A program made the position numbers and the translations under genes. A stretch of DNA of 19,955 nucleotides from Oligoflexia bacterium (GTDB taxonomy: Bacteria; Bdellovibrionota; UBA1018). The stretch's first letter is position 1; each line of letters opens with the position of its first letter. The stretch spans positions 1 to 19,955 of the forward strand of contig JAYTHP010000018.1 in assembly GCA_043732485.1 (NCBI GenBank), read 5' to 3'. Below are positions 17,352-19,955 of the stretch, piece by piece. Below the pieces are notes generated by a model. That model saw only the letters and a list, made by a program, of their open reading frames with translations, had not been told where the DNA came from and searched no databases.

Positions 17352-18006
17352 TCAGGGGGTAGGGGTGGCTTGCTGCTCGAGAAAGCGCTGCTTAGCCTGC
17401 TTGCTGCGCCAGCTGGGTCCGGTAATATTGAAGGTCTCGCAGTTGTAGATGATGCGATCCACGGCGGCTGCGGTGGTCTTGAGGTTGAGAAAGACTTTGT
17501 CCCACTCGGAGTAGGCTAAGTTGGTGGTAATCAAAAAGCTGTTTCTTTCAGAGCGTTGCGAGAGGAGCTGGAAAAAGAGGTCTGCGCCGTCTTGATCGGG
17601 GGGGGGGCATAGCCAAGCTCATCGCAGAAAATGAGGTCAGATTGATCCAGTTTCTTAAAAAGACTGGGTACCTGCAGGTCGCGCTTAGCGACCAGTAGCT
17701 GGGCGATCAAGGCGTGGGTCGTGATGCAAAGGCATTGAAAGCCAGCGGCGCAGAGTTGGTCGGTGAGCGCGATGCCGAGGTGGGTCTTCCCAACTCCGAC
17801 TTCACACCGTAGAGGACCACGCTTGCGGCCTCCTTGAGCTGATGCTTGGCTTGCAGCTCCAGCTCGGTGAGGGCGAGCAGGAAGTGTTCTTAGGTTTGTT
17901 TCTCTTTTTGCGCTCTTTTAGCGAGTTCAAAGTATGGTTCTGCTACCGTGCTCAGGCGCAGTTTCTTTAAGTTGGCAATCAGGGCTTGGTGTTCCAGGGG
18001 GTTCAT
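17352..18006 (-). pseudogene. istB: IS21 helper ATPase IstB: nonsense stop, two frameshifts, internal deletion
   Basis: MNPLEHQALIANLKKLRL start; TAA at 17890-17892; Walker A GVGKTHL after a frameshift near 17803; Walker B LIFCDELGY; frameshift at G10 (17598-17607); then DGADLFFQLLSQRSE, ITTNLAYSEW, AAVDRI, GPSWR. The segment normally found between ELELQ and Walker A is largely missing. Confidence 0.92.
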
Positions 18007-19446
18007 TTCTGGGGATGAGGCCGTCGTAGTCGTTGATCGATCTGAGTGTAAGGCTCTGGTTAAGCGGGTGGGTGATATCGATGACGCAGGCCGGTCTTCT
18101 GGCTCCCAGAAGCAGATCCCTAGCATTTTCGAACAACATTTGACTTTTTTGCTCCAGGAGGAGTGCCATGGCAGCCAGGATCGCGCTCCAGGAGACGTGG
18201 TGAATGAGGTTACCTACGCGCAGGTACTCGCGTTCGGCGCCAGAGCCCTCTAACCACTTGAGTTTTTGATAAAACTTGTCACAAATCAGCTGGGGAAAGA
18301 GGACCTTCCGGTGCGCCCAGCGCACCATGCCGTTAAGCTTGCGTAGCAGCGAGGGTTGAACATGCTCCAGTGACACGCTATGCTGACGATCGGGCTTGCG
18401 CGGATGGACGATGGCTGGAACTTTGGCTTGCCGCAAGGGGTCTTGCGAGCAGATGATCACTGGCTAGAGGGTGATGACCACTTTGCATTCGCTCTTGATC
18501 AGGGAGTCGGGGACCGAGTAGAGCGAGTTACTGACTTTCACGAAGCCGTGGGGTTAGGCTTGGTGAGTAAAATCTTGGACAAAATGGCTTCATCGCGCGG
18601 AGGCAGGGGCACGAGTTTGGCTTGTTCCTCTTGCTGCTTCTCGAGCACTGCCGCCGTTTCAAATTCGAGCACGAGCTTCAAGAGCCAGGCATTGAGGTCA
18701 TCCCAGCCTCTAAAGATGCGAGATTCATGAGAAATACGATTGAGGATGCGGTTGGTGCGAGTGCGGATCTCGCGCTCCACATCCCCCTTGTCGCTGCCCT
18801 TGCCAGGGGAGCAGGGCAAGAGCTCAAAGCCATAATAGTTGGCTGCCCGTTTAAAGGCTTCGGTATAGATGCGCTGATTATCAAAGCGAATGGCTCGGGT
18901 AAGCCCCCCTAGCTGCTCATAGAACGAGTGGACACCGTCCATAAAGCACTCATAGGTCTTAAAGGGAAACGCCTTAATGCGCACCGTGCCGCTATAGGGC
19001 AGGGTGCCAAAGAGCAAATGCACCAGCTGGGGCCCCCCGACAAAGGGGAAGGTTAAGGATTCCTTGAAGTCAAACTGCGCTTGCTCGCCTGGCTGATACT
19101 CCTGCTCGTAGAAACGCCCCTCTTCAGGCACAGGCCGCAGCCCCTTCATGCGGCGATTCAAGGTCCCCTCGCTGCCCTGATAGCCAGCGGGGACCAAAAG
19201 CTCGTAGAGCTCCCGGTCTGTGAGGGTGGGTGCCTGCTTAAACCACTCCTCAACCTGGCCAAGCAGCCCCTGTAGGGGATCCGCCCGTGTCGATTTACTG
19301 CGCTTAGCATAGGCCGGCCGGGTAGGGGAGCTCCCATACTTGGCCACCGTCTTGCGATCCAATTTGAGTTTGCGGGTAATGGCTGATTGACTCATGTCCG
19401 CGGCTTTCAATCTTCTTACTTCATCCAACATATGCTTGCTCACCAT
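17927..19446 (-). pseudogene. istA: IS21 transposase IstA, frameshifted near 18548 with TAG at 18464-18466
   Basis: HTH SQSAITRKLKLDRKTVAKY, PGEQAQFDF, TLPYSG, RFDN, KGDVER, then NSLYSVP in the shifted frame and the YDGLI tail overlapping the istB start. GGAGG RBS 9 nt before ATG 19446. Confidence 0.93.
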
Positions 19447-19549
19447 GCGCACTCGCCTCCGGTTGCCAGAAGCATTTTTTTAAGGTCCTCAGGCCCGCTC
19501 GCAAACGAGAAAGCAAGGCCTGAGGATCACTTCTGGAGCCGACGAGTAT

Positions 19550-19942
19550 CTAATGTGAATTTAAAAAAGGGAAGGGAAGGAGGGGTAAGCTGCCCGTTTT
19601 TCGGTGTCGTTGAGAAAAACCGCTTTTAGCGTGATCTAACCTCTTGATGATACGAAGAGATTTTACTACCCTCTCAAAGCACTCGTTTTCCAGGAAATGG
19701 ATGAGCTCGCATAAGTTCATCTCAAGCGTCTCACTCCAGAGACTAAGTGCCACCTTAACCAGCACTTGCTCGCTCGGTGAGAATGCGCCGGCGTCAGCCA
19801 GCAACTGCTCCACCGACGCCCTCAGGGCTGGACGGTCGAGCTCGAAAAGAAACTCTAACAGTTTGAGATGATGAACGAAAATTAGATTAAGAGCTTCTTC
19901 CAGTAATGCGAAATCGGGATCCTGATTTTTCCATTGCAACAT
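19550..19942 (-). CDS. Small all-helical hypothetical protein; last 21 residues encoded by the IS21 left end
   Basis: AAGGGAG RBS 6 nt before ATG 19942; protein-like amphipathic sequence (FSPSEQVLVKVALSLWS; LIHFLENECFERVVKSL). Confidence 0.75.
   Translation of the reverse strand: MLQWKNQDPDFALLEEALNLIFVHHLKLLEFLFELDRPALRASVEQLLADAGAFSPSEQVLVKVALSLWSETLEMNLCELIHFLENECFERVVKSLRIIKRLDHAKSGFSQRHRKTGSLPLLPFPFLNSH
19591..19615 (-). repeat. IS21 left terminal inverted repeat (terminal TG appears as TC)
   Basis: Reverse complement TCTCAACGACACCGAAAAACGGGCA, matching the right-end repeat unit. Confidence 0.7.
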
Positions 19943-19955
19943 ACTTGACTCCCTT

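Larger units (their letters stand above)
17101..19615 (-). mobile_element. Degraded IS21-family insertion sequence (~2.5 kb)
   Basis: istA-istB remnants. Right end TGTTGGGCGACCATGAATAGTACCCAG with a second unit GGTTGGCGACAATAAAAAACGGGCA (17135-17159). Left end reverse complement TCTCAACGACACCGAAAAACGGGCA (19591-19615). Confidence 0.9.

Noticed and set aside
9126..19615. Composite transposon carrying the glycosylation genes
   Set aside because: The flanking elements belong to different families (IS66 and IS21), both are inactive, and there is no shared target duplication.
17948..19871. Plus-strand ORFs across the IS21 and the last gene
   Set aside because: Antisense shadows of istA, istB and the minus-strand hypothetical.
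1..19955. tRNA, rRNA or CRISPR array
   Set aside because: No cloverleaf, rRNA-like block or regularly spaced direct repeats seen. The T-loop-like TTCGAATCCC near 3787 lies inside the TPR coding sequence.

Overview
Bacterial chromosomal window. FliD/FliS character and gene order suggest Bdellovibrionota or a related deltaproteobacteria-like lineage (inference only). Left part (1-7721, +): tail of a flagellar operon with 5'-truncated fliD, fliS, an oversized FliT/FlgN-like gene, a TPR protein, a low-complexity hypothetical containing an in-frame G11 tract, a GT9-fold glycosyltransferase lacking the usual catalytic GD motif, and a helical hypothetical. Middle: a minus-strand pseudogene (one frame, three in-frame stops, C-terminal C-type-lectin/DUF1566-like motif) and a decayed ~2.6 kb IS66 element with recognisable IRs. 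Right part: an AT-rich intergenic region, a polyprenyl-phosphate GT2 gene and a 952-aa triple fusion (GT87/DUF2029 membrane glycosyltransferase + catalytically degenerate paralog of the neighbouring GT2 + YdjC/ChbG deacetylase), then a decayed IS21 (istA/istB) and a small hypothetical gene reading into the IS21 end. The GT2 + fusion pair is the best candidate for an undescribed system: a compact lipid-carrier amino-sugar envelope-modification pathway. No tRNA, rRNA or CRISPR array was seen. All family calls are by-eye motif recognition; no database search was run.
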